Assembly (NCBI GenBank): GCA_001643675.2
Contig: LSRY02000032.1
Span: 248,001 to 312,000 of the forward strand
Reading direction: 5' to 3'
Source: Monocercomonoides exilis PA203
Lineage: Eukaryota > Protista > Preaxostyla
DNA: 64,000 nt
Shown: piece by piece, positions 26,300-39,885 of the stretch
Layout of the letters: each line of letters begins with the position of its first letter
How positions within the stretch are numbered: position 1 is the stretch's first letter
The notes under the pieces: model-generated
What the model was told of the DNA's origin: nothing
The model's input: the letters and a program-made list of their open reading frames with translations, nothing else
Databases searched by the model: none
Position numbers and translations under genes: made by a program

Positions 26300-29200
26300 C
26301 ACCACAGCACCGTCCCACATGCAGCCTACAGTATCAAAACCACAAGTTCAGATACACTTTTCTCCTTTAACTACCATATAATCATCATCAAGTCCATATC
26401 TTCTTTTAACAGATTCTTCGACTCCAGAAACTCAAGCAGCACTTCTTTCTCCGCATCCTGCGACATATATCCCCTGTCTCTCCACTCTACCACCTGCACC
26501 CTCCCTTCTGCTTTCACCCCACCATGAGCCCTCACTCTCAGCTGCAACACACATTCGACTATAGAATCATCAAATGCACTGGATATAGAACAAACACTTT
26601 TCTCAGCAAGAAGTGTAACGCCCAAGACTACGGAAGAGTGCCATCATGCCTCAGTGCAATACTTTATGCACTTTTCGCACTGCCACTTTGCAGCGTGATC
26701 GATTCTGGCGCTTGCATCAGCACCTCTGCGGACCTCTGCGAAGCTGTCGTTCTCATCATCACCACATCACATGCATACGTCCACACCTCATGCATCTTCT
26801 CTTACTCCACGTACTTCATCGCCTTCCGCCCTTCCTTATTCACCTCCCACTCTTCGCTCACAACATACAAAAACTCCTGCACAACCTAATGCTTTATCTC
26901 CACTCGTTTCCCCAAGCCATTCAACACCAGCCCTTGTTTCCTCTCTTTCCTATTCCTTCCTCTTCCTCTTCCTCTTCTTCTTCTTCTTCTGTTTCTTCTT
27001 CTTCATCATCATCATCTTCTTCATTTTCTTCTGTTTCTTCTTCTTCTTCTTCTCGTTGTCATTCATTTTATTCTTCTTCTTTTTCTTCTTTCTCTTCTCA
27101 TTCTCCTTCTTCTCCTCTTCCTCCTCCTTATCCAAATTCATCATCGTCTTTTTCCTCTTCCTCTTCAACATCCAACTTCTCCTCCCACTCTGCCTCTTCC
27201 CATGCTGAAGTGCTTAACAAGACTCAAACTCTTTCTTGTTCTCCATTGAAGCTGATGCAATACATATCCCCAATCAACCCTTCTTCTCTGCCCCGAGTTC
27301 CTTTGCAGCCGTCTTCTGTTCCGACCCGCTGGAATTCGAGTGAGCTTTCGTCGTCTGCATCTGTCAACCGCTTCTCTTCTGCCTCTGCTTCATTCAGCAC
27401 ATCCGAGAAGAGGCCTGTTCAGACACAAACACAGCAGACATTCGATGACGTGAGGCTGGTTGTGCAGACGAGAAAAATACTCCCAACAGCTCAGAATGCA
27501 AACTCTGTTGGTAATGCTTCGAGTAATTCCACTTATTCCTCTCAGACCTCTTCTGCTTCGAATACTCAGCTGCAGTCACCCAGGCAGCCCAATAAGACAC
27601 TAATTCATGTGCCTGCCACTCCCACTCGCATAACAATACAAACAGTTAATGAACCCTCGATCACTCCAACACGAAAAGGAGGAGAAGATATCCAGTTGCA
27701 GTCTGCGAACTCTGCGTTCAGTGTGATATTGACAAACAAGACGAAAGGATCGACAAATCTGACATTTGCAACTCAAACTACTCAAAAGCCACTTGGAAAT
27801 TTAGGGTCTTCTTCCTCCTCCTCCCCTTCTTCTTCCTCTTCTTCTTCTTCTTTTTCTTATTCTCCGACATTAATAGTTTCCGCCTTTGCCTCTGTCTCAG
27901 CCACTGCCCTCATCTTCCCTGCACCCGCCATCACTCAAACAACCACGTCAATAGCGCGCACACACTTATCAACAGCTCACCGCTCTGAGATAAGCACCTC
28001 AAACACTCCATTTTCTACCACTTTTGCGTTAGCCACGCTTCGCTCTTTCTTTGATGACACACCGTCTTCTGTTTTTGTATCACTGTTGGCTCCGACGATT
28101 GTGCTTGGGGGATCTTCAACTGCATCCATTGCATCTTCTTCTTCTTCTTCGTCTTCGTCTTTTTCCCTTTCACCTTTATCTTCCTCTGCTTCTTCTTCCT
28201 TGGGCTCTCTGACTTCTCCAAAATCTCTCGCTTCCTCCTCTTTCTCTGCCCTTCTTTCCTTCTCTCAGTCACATCGCAGCAGATGTCTTCATCCACCTCA
28301 CCTGGCCCTGCACTCACCAGATAATTTCAGCCTTTATCTCAGTCTCAGTTTCAGTTTCAATCTCAATCTCAATCACTGTCTTCCTCGCAGGACACGAACT
28401 CTTTCCTCACACGCACATCCTCAGCCACATCGCAGCAGTCTCTCACACAGGAAAGCTCTCCCTCGCGTCAGTCTCAATTGGCTCATCCAGGAAGCTTCCA
28501 ACAATCTGCTGCTGTTGCAGCCCAAACTGCCTCATCAAACTTGCCAGCTGCAGTCACTTCGTCTGCTATTATCTCCACCACTTCCTCCTCATCTCTTTCA
28601 TCAGCTATGTCTGCGCCTCTTTCCTCTTCCGCAACTTATGCGCCGCAGCTTCTCCTTGTCACATACTCTTTATCTTCACACACCTCGTCGCAGAAGCGCT
28701 TCTTCCGTTCGCCTCCTCGTCTGTCCATATCCACCACTCCTCTTGACGATGTGCCACCTCCGATGCCTTCGTCACATTCGTTGCACAAGTGCTCTTCTTC
28801 TTCGCATCAGGAGATGAGGCGGTCGATGGAGGTGCACAAACACTGTAAGGCCAATGATACAAGCACATCGATGAGCAACTTGTCAGAACACACGCATTTG
28901 ATATACTGTTCAAAGCAGGTGCTTCCAGAGATGTATGCGTTGAGGCTGATGAAGAGGGAGAAGAAGAGGAATGTGACAGATGAGATATTTGAGATGAAGA
29001 GGATGATGAGAAGAAGGAATAGACACTCAAAAAAAAAATAGAAATTGACGAAGAAAAGAAGTGGAAGAAGAAACAAAATTGTGATGCAGATCCTCTGCTG
29101 CCATCTTCAATACCATGGGAGCATCCATCGGAACAACCACTGAGAAAGCGTCGTCAGTTAGAAATGGCGTACGAAGCATCATAGCCGCGTAAACCCATCG

Positions 29201-31300
29201 TCTGTACAGCATTCGACTGTCTTCTCTAAATAAACTCCTCTTCTGTCCCAAGCCTCTTGTCTGACGTGTTGAATGAACCCGCCTCCCCTCCTTCTGCACC
29301 TCAGCCTCCATTCACTCACCCTGCCAAATCAGCTGTTTATCCGCATCAGACGCCCCATCAAACACACACTCAAACGCATGCACTGACAGTGTCGCTGAAC
29401 AATTGCTCAGAATCTCCTTCGCTTTTCCTGCTCCAGCTCCTTCTCTGCTCTGCCGTGAAGCTTCAATTCTTTTCTCCGTTGTGAACTTCACCTTCGCTGA
29501 ATCATCTGTTCTCCATCACAACAGTCGCTGTCACTCCACAGCACAGCAGCCGCGGCTTCATCTCAATGTGCGCATTCGCATGGCGGATCAGCTCATCTTG
29601 GTTATAAAAATACCACAAGCTGGCTCGTGCTCCTCTGCTTTGTACATGAAACGTTCGACAAGCGCACAAAACTTGTCTGCCAAGTCTTCTACAATCGTGT
29701 GCTTCATCCATGCCACCCCACTGTTACATATAGGACCAGAATCTCGCACAGCTCCAGAAACGACTGCTTCTTCGGTGTTGTGCTTCTGCTGTTTTTCCGT
29801 TCGTTGATTCTCGACGCTGCACGACTTCTTGGCTGCAGCATCTTCAGCTCGTCCAGCATCGTCACCGACTGCCCATCTGCAATGCACCGCTTCATTATCC
29901 AAGCGCTCCCCTTTCGCATCGGCACACAGATCATCAGCCCGCCACCAGATTAAACAGCAACGAGTTTTCAGCTCTTCTGCCTTCGCTCGACCTCTCCTCC
30001 CCTTTTCTTTTCTTCTTCTTCTTCCTTTCGTCGTCCTCTTCTTTTTTTTTCAACAAAACAAACAACTTTCTTCCCCAGCTTCCTCATCGGATTTGTCTTG
30101 TTTCTCATTCATCTCCAAACCATTTTTCGACATTTCCACCTGTACCTCATCTTTCTTAACTCCATCTGAAGTAATGCCCAAAGACCCATCTGCTGCTTCT
30201 TCTTCAACTCTCCTATTCCCTTTTTAAATGCCATTGGACGGAGAAGAACTGCACACTTCTGGTTCAACTGAATGCTGCTTGTCTGCACCCACCTCAGCAT
30301 CAGCCTTCACAAACCTCAGCCCACTCAGCCCAAGCGCCTCTACAACCAGCGGCACAATCGCTTCTTCCAGCTTCCCCTGGTTCTCTTTTATTCTCTCCAC
30401 AAACTCTCTGTGCGCTGTCAAATACCCGCCTTTCTCCTCATTCCCATCACCTCCCTCTCTCCCTCCATCTTCTTTTCCCTCTTTTTCTCCATCTTCTTCT
30501 CCCTCTTTGCCTCCCTCCTTGCCTCCCCTTTCTCCTTCCTCCGCCTCTTCTCGCTCCTCCAGCACAGCCTGCACAATCGCTGCATGAGATTGAACAATAT
30601 CCTCCATCCTCAGCTCCGCAGCATCCAGCCCTTTCTCCACAATCTCCCCCACTTCACACACTGCAACCTCTCACCCCATCACTTCGTCGTCCAGCTTCAC
30701 CATTAATTACACTTCTCCAACGGAAGCAGCAACTTGTCTAACAGATCGCAGATCGAAGGGAATGCATTCACATCTACCGCCGCAAAGATCCGCTTGCTCC
30801 CAGACTTTGTACCCGTCGACGCTGCAAGCAACGGAAGCGTCCCCACCAGCGGAACCGAAATCATCTCCGAAAGCACCACATAATAGATGCACATGCACAA
30901 CACCCCCATTCATCTCCGCAAGCCGCGCCACAACATATCACCGCAGCGTCTACAGCGCCCGAGGCGATAGCAGCAGCTGCAGCGACAGCGGCATGTGCCT
31001 CCCATACACTCCAGCCTCCTCAGGCACCACAATCTGCAGCCGACTCTCGAAGTCGTCCATCGCTGCTGCAGAAGTGTATGAAGCCATCACCGCCAAGGCA
31101 TCCGAAGGGTCAATCGCAAGCTCCGATAATGATGGCTACTCATTCTCTGAAGATTTTTTCTCTTCGCTTCTCCGCCTACTGAATGGAGAAGAAGACAAAG
31201 AAAACAAAAAGTAATGAGAGAAGATATGACTGCTGTGCTGCCCCGGACACAAGAAGGTTGATGAGAAATTTCCCATCACGTCAGCCAGAAGTTACACCAG
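26300..31300 (-). pseudogene. Degenerate acidic/low-complexity protein gene of unknown family inside the cargo element
   Basis: Broken minus-strand ORFs (30703-30909, 30224-30661, 29588-29902, 29027-29311, 26371-26625) with Glu-rich coding bias; several have homologues at 56300-59560. Confidence 0.55.
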
Positions 31301-32675
31301 AAGCACATGCAATATCTTCATTCTTATCAGAATTGTTTACTAGCAAAGAAAACACGATTTTTTATGGAATTTCAAATGTTTGAAGAAGGATATTTTTCCA
31401 TTATTTGTCAATATTAAATGAAAGGGATAAGGAAAAGGCACATACTGAGAAGTTTGAAACTTGTTGAAACAGATTGTTTGAATTAAAATATTTGAAGAGA
31501 CTGAATTTTTGTGTTTATCAAAAACGGAGATTTATTGAAAAAATTATATATCAAACTTCAATTCTTTATAATAACATAAATAATTGTCTATGTTAACAAC
31601 TTTTTGAATAACTTTCGATTGTTACGAGTGAAGTTTTGATGAATTTTTCATGTTTGATAATTTCTAATAAAAAAATTTAAGAATTCAAGCAAATTAATTT
31701 TGTTTGGTTCACAACAAAAGAAAATAATAAAAACTTAGATAGCATCCATAAATTCATAACGAATATTCGAACTTATGAAATGAAATTGAAGAAATAAAAA
31801 CTTATCTAACATTTGATTCAAATAGCTCGTAAGCAATAGCAAACAAAAGAAAATTCTATTTTATAATAAACGTTCGATATGTTATCATCAGACTTATGAA
31901 ATGTTTTTCTATGATAAGATGAAAAAACTGACAATATAAAATATTTGTCAATAAATGATGGGAACGGAATGATCACAATTTTTTGATCATTTTTGATCTG
32001 ATTTTCAGATCAGTTAAACGGTTGCGACTTTTCAAAAAGAATGACCCAAGTGTTCTGAAGAGATAAAAAATAACGAGAATTTAATCCACAAAGCACAAAC
32101 TATTCTTTCAACAAAGCAAAAAGAAATTTTTTTCGAAATCGAATTAATAAAATTCAAAATTGAATTACACTCAAGCTCGGTAATTATCGCAATCCATTTT
32201 GCTCGATTTTTTGTGATTATAAATTAACTTGGCAAAAACCAAACCATCTTTTTCATAAAAAAATTTATTTTTGATTAAAAATATGAACTCACAATTACTA
32301 TGAAAATCCACACATTTGCATCGATTTTTCAATTTATTATGTTTTAATGAAATTTATTGTTAACAATTGTGAAGAAAATAACAACTTTCTTTTTTCCAAA
32401 TATTTCAAAATTGATTGTTAAGTACCCATAATTTTTTTTTATTATTCACGAATTTTGTGCGATTAAAACTTATGAAATTACACATTAAAAATGCCAAATT
32501 TTTTGATGCACGAAAAAATATGATTATAAGCAGTCTTGATTACAATAGAAATGATTAATACAGAGCTTCATTGTATTTATTTTCGAATTCGAACTATTTT
32601 TTGTGAATTTTGCATATTCAATTGTGAAGTTTTTGGAAGTCCAACGTATTAATTAAAATATGAAGTTTCGTATTA

Positions 32676-33125
32676 CAGTCATAACCGGATATTATCACCT
32701 CAAATGTAGTCACATTCGTTTTTAGTCACATTTTCGTGTGTAAGCATATTTTTTGCTTATTTATCATTCATTTCCCATCTCATCTAATCACAGGGCTAGA
32801 TGTGTAAAATCACATTTTATTTCAATATGGTCTGTTTTTTCATTGAAAAATCGACTATATGAACAAAAATCTCAATTTTTTGATTTTTAAAAACACTGTT
32901 TAAATAAGTCAAAATAATGTGTATTTATGAAAAAAATTGTTCAAGCAAGTGAAAAAAGTGTATTTGTGTAGAATTTCCATAAATAAAAAAATCGACCCAA
33001 AATTAATTATTTCAAAAATTAAAATTTATTTTTTTCTGTGTAAAGCATCATCGTGTATAATCACAATCGGATATAGTCACAAAAAGTTGTGCAAAACCCA
33101 ATGTGTTTATATCCGGTTTTTACTG
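32676..33125. mobile_element. 450-bp pogo/Tc1-like MITE
   Basis: ta|cagtcataaccggatattatcac ... gtgtttatatccggtttttactg|tt; 23-bp imperfect CAGT-terminal TIRs, TA TSD on the left only. Confidence 0.7.
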
Positions 33126-34364
33126 TTTTTAAAAAATGAAGTGTCAAGCTGTACAATAAAGTTAAACTTTGTGAGAGGGTTTTGATATTTTATAGAAATA
33201 AGAGTATTTTTGCAATATCCATCCTGTAATTCAAAAGGAACTTTTCAAATATATTTGGAAATCGTTATTCAGGGTTTTGTCAAAACGGAAAACTTATGTA
33301 TAATTGGCTCAATTTGAGTAATGAATGGCAAAACTGTAGTTTATTTACCGTTCAGTGCAATTTTTGAATGAATAGTTAATAGAATAGGATAATAATTCAT
33401 CACATTCTTTTTCTCTTTAATTGAAGATCGAAACCATTCAGTTCTTTTTAACATTTCATCTGAATAATAAAAAAATAAGTTGTCAGACTCTTTCAGCGAG
33501 AGAATTTAATTTGCAAAAATGAATTTGATTTTTCATTTTAAAAAAAAACAGCTATCATAAAAAAAAAAAACTGTTTTTTTTTCATTGATTTATCCCATCG
33601 AACAACAAGCATCGCTTCAATTCTCTTTGTCTAAAAGGCATTTTTTCTATATTTTCACACTACAATAATGAAAACATCATGTTTCAATTTTGTTATTGAT
33701 AGAAAAACATTAAAATAATGACAATTTTTTTCCTTTTGTTTATTTTAAATGTTTATTCATATTATTATATGGTAAGATGTAACATATTGGGTCCCGATTT
33801 TTACTGTGAATTATAATCAATATTTCACCAAATTTGACACATTTGAATATCATCATTCATCGAATGATAATTTTTGTTTTGAAAATTTTTGATTTTCATT
33901 GAAAAATCCTATTTGAACGTAATTTTTTTAATCATTATCACTCAATATGTGGGACAGATCCATTCAAAAAATTTTCTGGATAATGAAAAGAAAACTTTAA
34001 AGATGATGAAATATCTACAGATTCTGTTCACAAGAATAAATTAATATTTGATTTTTTGATTAAAGTTAAATAAAGAAGAAAATACGTTGGAGAATGAAGA
34101 AAAATTTTTATGTATCTATAAATATTTAAAAACTCTGGTTTAATTTTTGGTCATGAAACTATAATTCACAACTAATTTGTTAGTCGTTGAAACATAATAA
34201 CACATTTATTAATCGAATTTTCAACAATGAAGTATATTATAGAAATAATTCAAAATGATTTCTATGAAAATTTTCGGATCCAATAAGTTAGACTTTACCA
34301 TTTTATATATTAATATCATATTTGATCAATCAAATTTAAAGGAAATGATTTGTTTAATCATGAA

Positions 34365-37300
34365 TAGATACAATGAGAATAGAAAGGCTTTATTCGAATA
34401 AAAATAACTTATTCAAATAAACAAAGTTTATTCGGTATAAATTATTTTTATTCGAATAAAAAAAATTAATTGGTATAAACTCCGGTTTTTTGGTATAACT
34501 TTTTTCGAAAAAAATTTTTTGTGGTATTCAAAAATATTCACTTGAATCACATTTTTAAAAAGCACCTAAAAATTAATTTCTTTTTATTTTATTTATTTTG
34601 GAAAAGTAATTTTATCTTCAAGATTTTGTTTAAATGAATTGTGATCAAAATACATTGAATTGTTTTTGTTAAATGAACAATGATAAAACTTTTTCTTTTA
34701 TTCACCAATGATATAAGCAATCAAAATAACTTGCAATTAGCTGCAAATAAAAATTCATTATTTCACAATGTTTTTTATTCTTTTTTTGTTTATTTTTCTA
34801 TCTGTATTTCACATTTATGATCAAATAGAAAAAAATACATCCAATTGCAAAAGGAGAAGTTATTGAATGAACTTCATTTGGCTGAAATTGTTCCAGATTC
34901 CTGATTATGCACACTATTCTCCCTTCTGCTTGAAACACTATCAATTACAGATGATGATGTTCCAGTTGTTTTTGAGTCATTCCATTTGCACGGAGAGAAG
35001 AAATTTTACTGATCGTCTGCAATCTTCCGTTTCCTTAACTTTTGCAGATACCTTTCACTTTTATTGACTACAGCACTTCGAGAGCGATAGAACCCAATGA
35101 ACGAATTGTTAGAGGAGGAAAATGAAGGAATGGACGATAAAGAAGAAGAGCTTATGTTGAATGTGCAGAGGGACTTCTGTGTGAATGAAGAGGAGTGGGT
35201 GGAAACGGGCGAAAGTGCGAGGGACTTCATTGGAGTTCCAACAAGAACAGAAGAGGCAGACAACTGGGTGTGGTGGAAGGGAGAAAAAACGGGACAATTT
35301 AGTAGGAGGCTGTGGTGCTTTGAGTGTGCAGCTGGGCAGATGAGAGTGTGCTGTTGAACGAGTAAAATGTCTGCTGTTGTTCATCTTCATCATCACCTCC
35401 TTCTACCCTTCCCCTTTCCCTCCTCCTTCTTTCTGTTGCTGCACGTGCGAGTCTTGTGTCGAAAGCATCAATTTGCGATGTGCAAAACTCGTCTTTCTCA
35501 TTCGTCTTAGTCTTTACATTTGGCTCTTCCTGCTGTCTCCCTTTCCTCTGCTCGGAGCTCAATTGGCTTCTGAAATCCACCTTCTTTGCCTCTTCCATTT
35601 GAACTCGTACTCCTCTCTCTTCGCTTCTTGGCAGAGAAATAAACGGATAGGATGAGTGCGATGTGCCTGGCAGCTCCTTCCTCTTCCCATTTTCATTCTT
35701 CGCTCAAATCACATTCACCACATTTAGCACAACCTGCGTACGGAAGCCGTCGAAGTATTGAAGAAGAGCGAAATGCTCCTCTGGGGAAGAGGAAAGCAGT
35801 TCAGAAGCACATCCAGTTATTCCACAGAAGGCTTTGACATCGATGAAAATACTGTTAAGAGTAGATAAACTGAATGAATTGATTTTTGGAGGGTATTATC
35901 AAGCTATTGATAAAACAGCTTTTGTACATTTGAGGTTCGTTGATTTGACCAATGTTAAGTCAACAAAAATGACATTGAAGAAATTGAAATGGAGCTGAAG
36001 AAGAAAATAGCCACAAAGTTGAAGATGTCACAGTTGGTGGGAAATGAAAAGACGAAGAAGAAATCAAAGACATGGAAGAAGATGAAGAAGCAGCAGATGA
36101 AAAAGAAGAAAGAGAAAAAGAGGAAGAGGTTGAAAAAGGAGAAGGAGAAGAAGGAGAAGAAGGAGAAGATGACGAAGAAGAATAAGGTGAGGAGGTGGGT
36201 GAGGAACAGTGTAATTTCAAAGGCAACAGAGAAATCTGTGGGGATTGAGTAAAACCAGATTTTCCATCTTTGGCTGCTGAAAGAAGTGTCCGTCTTGTCC
36301 TGTCCACGAAATCTGAGCGATTCTAAACATATAGCAGAAAATGAGAGAATGCTGCACAAATGAGAAAAATGGTAGATTGGAGATGAACATAAAAGCTGAG
36401 CTCGATTGCTGCATGTATCCTGCTGTTTCCAGAGTGATTCCGCAAACATATTTTGCGATGGACTTCTGATAGAGTTGTGATCGATCCCCACATGCCCCGC
36501 CTCCAGTTTACCAGAAGATATGCAAAACAGCGTTGTTGGAGACGAAGGAAGCGAACTCATCCCAATCGCACTCACCGTCTTCCCTTTCCCAACAACAGAA
36601 ATCTCCTTTTCCCCAACACTTATTGTCGCCCCTTCACTCACATGCCTCCCACCCAGCACTGTGATTGTCGAGCTCAGTTGAGCCATGCTCGACCCCACTG
36701 CATGCCCCACTGTCTTGCAAGGTGCTAACTCACTCATCCCACACAGATTGTTTGCGTCATTCCCACTCACCCCAACATATCGATCCTTCATCCCTTCCTT
36801 CAACCATTCCTTCTTTTCTGTATATTGATAACCATTATTATAACAGCACACTCTCGTATCATTGCAATTCGTTGTATATGATTCGTAGAATGGATTGTTG
36901 GATGAAAAAAGTTTATTTCCATCAGAAAAATACACATCATGACCAAATGGAGTTGAGTTAGTGCATCTGTAATCGTGGAAGAAGAAGAAATAACAATAAA
37001 TGTTGTAACTCAGAGCTATTTGTTGGTATGGATTAAAATACAATCCTCCTCCCCAAGCTACTGCATGACTTGAAATAAACTGAACGCTCCTCATAAAAAT
37101 TTTCAGGAATCGTTACACAATACATCCCTCCACCATATGAATTTGTTACTGAGCATGAAGTGAAACTACTGTCAAAAACACATGCACTCTCCCCTTTGCC
37201 ATTTTCTTCTCCAATATTGATTTCAGATTTTGATATTTCTCGAGAGGGAAAGCTTTTTCATAATCTGCTTTGAATGTTTGATTTTCTCTCAAATCTGTGA

Positions 37301-37790
37301 ATATATTCTTTGAATAATTATCTGATTTCTTTTCATTTCCTCCTTAATAATTTCTTCTTCTTTCATCGAGTTAAAATTCACCCTATTTTTAGCATATCAA
37401 CATGCCATATTCAAATCTTCAAAAACATAAAATTTGCAATTCGTTATGAATCTGTGATTTCATTCGATCTCAAATGCTGTTATTCAGGACAATATATTAA
37501 CATTTTTTTATTTGTGACCATAACTGCTAGATAAAATTTTTCAGAATTGAATTTCCATGAATATATATTGTTTATATATCATTTTGTGTTCATGTTTTTC
37601 AGCACATTCGAATTGATGAAAAGGATCATAAAAATTTTTGTAGAGGGATTAATTGGAATAAACTTGGTCTTTCTGGAATAAATTTTTTTAATTCGAATGA
37701 ACTGGTGTTTTCTGGAATAAACTTTGGTTATTCAAATTATTATTTTTATTTCAATAAAATTTACTTATTCCAATATTATCTAATACCATC
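34365..37790. mobile_element. Possible ~3.4-kb long-TIR cargo element
   Basis: ~100-bp imperfect inverted repeats built of ttattcgaataaa-like units at ~34388-34480 and ~37660-37765 bracket gene fragments. TSD not identified and boundaries approximate. Confidence 0.5.
36380..37250 (-). pseudogene. Ectodomain fragment of the surface-receptor family
   Basis: WGGGLY..YCYFFFF..GHDVYF...RYVGVSGNDANNLCG.SE.APCKTVG..TISVGEKEISVVGKGKT aligns by eye with RYVSTSGSDNESMCGKSESDACLTIG..TIEVGDKRVEIRGKGRT of the 39886 gene. Frameshifted at its 5' end and fused to unrelated low-complexity sequence. Confidence 0.8.
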
Positions 37791-39885
37791 TAAAGAAAGT
37801 TTCAAATAATACCCATAAAAATATTTTGATAATCTTTACGAAATGGAAAATAAGAAATTTGAAGGATATTTGAAGAAGATACAATAAGAAATCGGATGCC
37901 ATATAGCAATTTGGATTTTTAAGCATTTCATAAGAAAAGCATAGATTTTAGCGTGCTATGAATTATGAATTTGAATTATTCGGTATTTTTTTCATATTGC
38001 AAAAATAAAGATAATATTTCTTTTGCATACGTTTTATAATAAGAAATTTCAAGAATGCACTTTATTTGCGCTCCGTTCGATCTTGGAAGGCAGAGCTCTA
38101 CAGCTTTCTGGCAGTCTTTGCACATGCACTCCATTTCGTAGAACAGGGGTGAACACGAGGAATAGAGAATAATTTTCATTTTACTTCAATTCAATGAAAT
38201 CGTTGGAAAACAAACCGAAAAGAATATCAACAAATAGAACGAAGAAAGCCATCATCAAGCCATCACATCGCTTTTATGAGTCACAAAGCCTCATTCTCAT
38301 TCTTCACAATTCAGTTTAACATCATCACCGCCCGCATCATTATTTTCAATCAGATTGGAATATCATCTAACGCATCCGATTGACTTCGAGAACAGGCTTC
38401 CAAACATCATTTGGGGCGAAAAGAACTTCCCATCAAACGGGAAAAGACATCTGATAAGGAGCATCAGCACATCTGGAGCTAGGCAGTATCCTCTATTCTC
38501 TCTATTTGATTGCAACAAAAAGAGAAATAGGCAAAGAGATCTGAATGAAATTCCTTCTTCTGATTCGAATTGGGCATTGAAGATAAAGGGAGCTGCAGCC
38601 TTCGATTTCAGGGGATGCGAGCACATGTCTTTGGGAGAGTTTATAAAGAGAACGAGAAAGAGCAGAGCGATCTGCTGGAGAATGCTGGAAAATGGAGACA
38701 AGGAGCCTCTCTGTCTCCTTCTTAATGCACTTCATCTGGATCTTAATCAGCCACACAACCTCTCACATTCGATACGACAAGTGATCTACCAAAAGAAATG
38801 AAAGATTACAGAGGGGAAGAGAACAGCAAATTTATTGATGATGCATTTGATGCTTTTGCTCAATCAACAATTTTGCAAACACGGACAGAGTCAGGAAACA
38901 AAGGGGATGGAAATCAAGATCTACAAAAAGATAACCGCAAGACAAACCATAATGATGCCATTATCTTTGAATTCTTTATGAGGATTGAAAGATGAACCAG
39001 CGGAAAATCGACAAGAAAAAGGCCCGCAGGAAGATTTCACACAATTTCATTTGAACAACAGGTCAAATGGTTTTGTAACAGAATGCAAGTGCGATGAAAA
39101 GAAATCAGGCCAATTAAGTACGTGGATCACAACATGCCGAAGGGCAGCTCCAATCTTTTTGGAAGTCTGAAGCTGAAATGAAATTGATTCTTGTTGATGA
39201 TTTCTGCAGCTTCCAATAAGCAGAAGTTTTTCTGGCTGAAGCTAAAACGGAGCGAAGAAGAGTTAAAGATTTTGAGAAGTTATTAAAAAGACTGGTGCCA
39301 TGAAGATAAACGGAATTCGAAACAGAAAAGGGAAGAAATTATTAAACCACCTTGCTATTTTTTCGAATAGTTCTCAAAGATTTGGAGCTACAAACAGAAA
39401 AGAAGCAATGAAAAGCAGAGTGAGAATATTTTTGAAAATTGTACAAAACTTCTGGAGAGGGCATTTTGCATTGGTGAAGAAGATTAGGGCTTACCTGCAT
39501 TTCAAAAGGCTACGAATTAACAAAGTATCTGATTCATTGCTTCTTTTAATCATTATTTAAATGAATAATTGTTTGTTGCTTTTTTTTAAATAATACTTAA
39601 TTGACAGCTTTTTTATAACTCCGTTTTGATTTTGTAATTTCGCTGTGAAGAGCTTTGAAACCGAAAAAAAAAGATGAAGGATTATTGCAAACGCAGGTCT
39701 TTCAGAAAAGATTTCGCTTGAACATGAGTTGATAGTTACAAAGCTTCTTTTTTCAATTTTTATAATAAAAACAGAAACAACATAATAGTCGTCAAGCGGG
39801 AATATATGTCTTATTTTCACTTGAAAATGTTGATCAAACCCATTTCAATTTTTATTACAGGAAAATCTTGATTTTGAGAGTTCAC

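Larger units (their letters stand above)
24881..32047. mobile_element. 7.2-kb non-autonomous cargo-carrying DNA transposon (24-bp perfect TIR GGGTCATTCTTTTTGAAAAGTCGC, 4-bp TSD AAGT)
   Basis: aagt|gggtcattctttttgaaaagtcgc at 24881 and gcgacttttcaaaaagaatgaccc|aagt ending at 32047. The interior holds gene fragments and no recognisable transposase. A second copy lies at ~54893-60100. Confidence 0.88.

Noticed and set aside
26646-28817. 723-aa plus-strand ORF as a real gene
   Set aside because: Low-complexity Ser-rich and reads as frame-mixed; no domain recognisable; lies antisense to Glu-rich remnants in transposon cargo.
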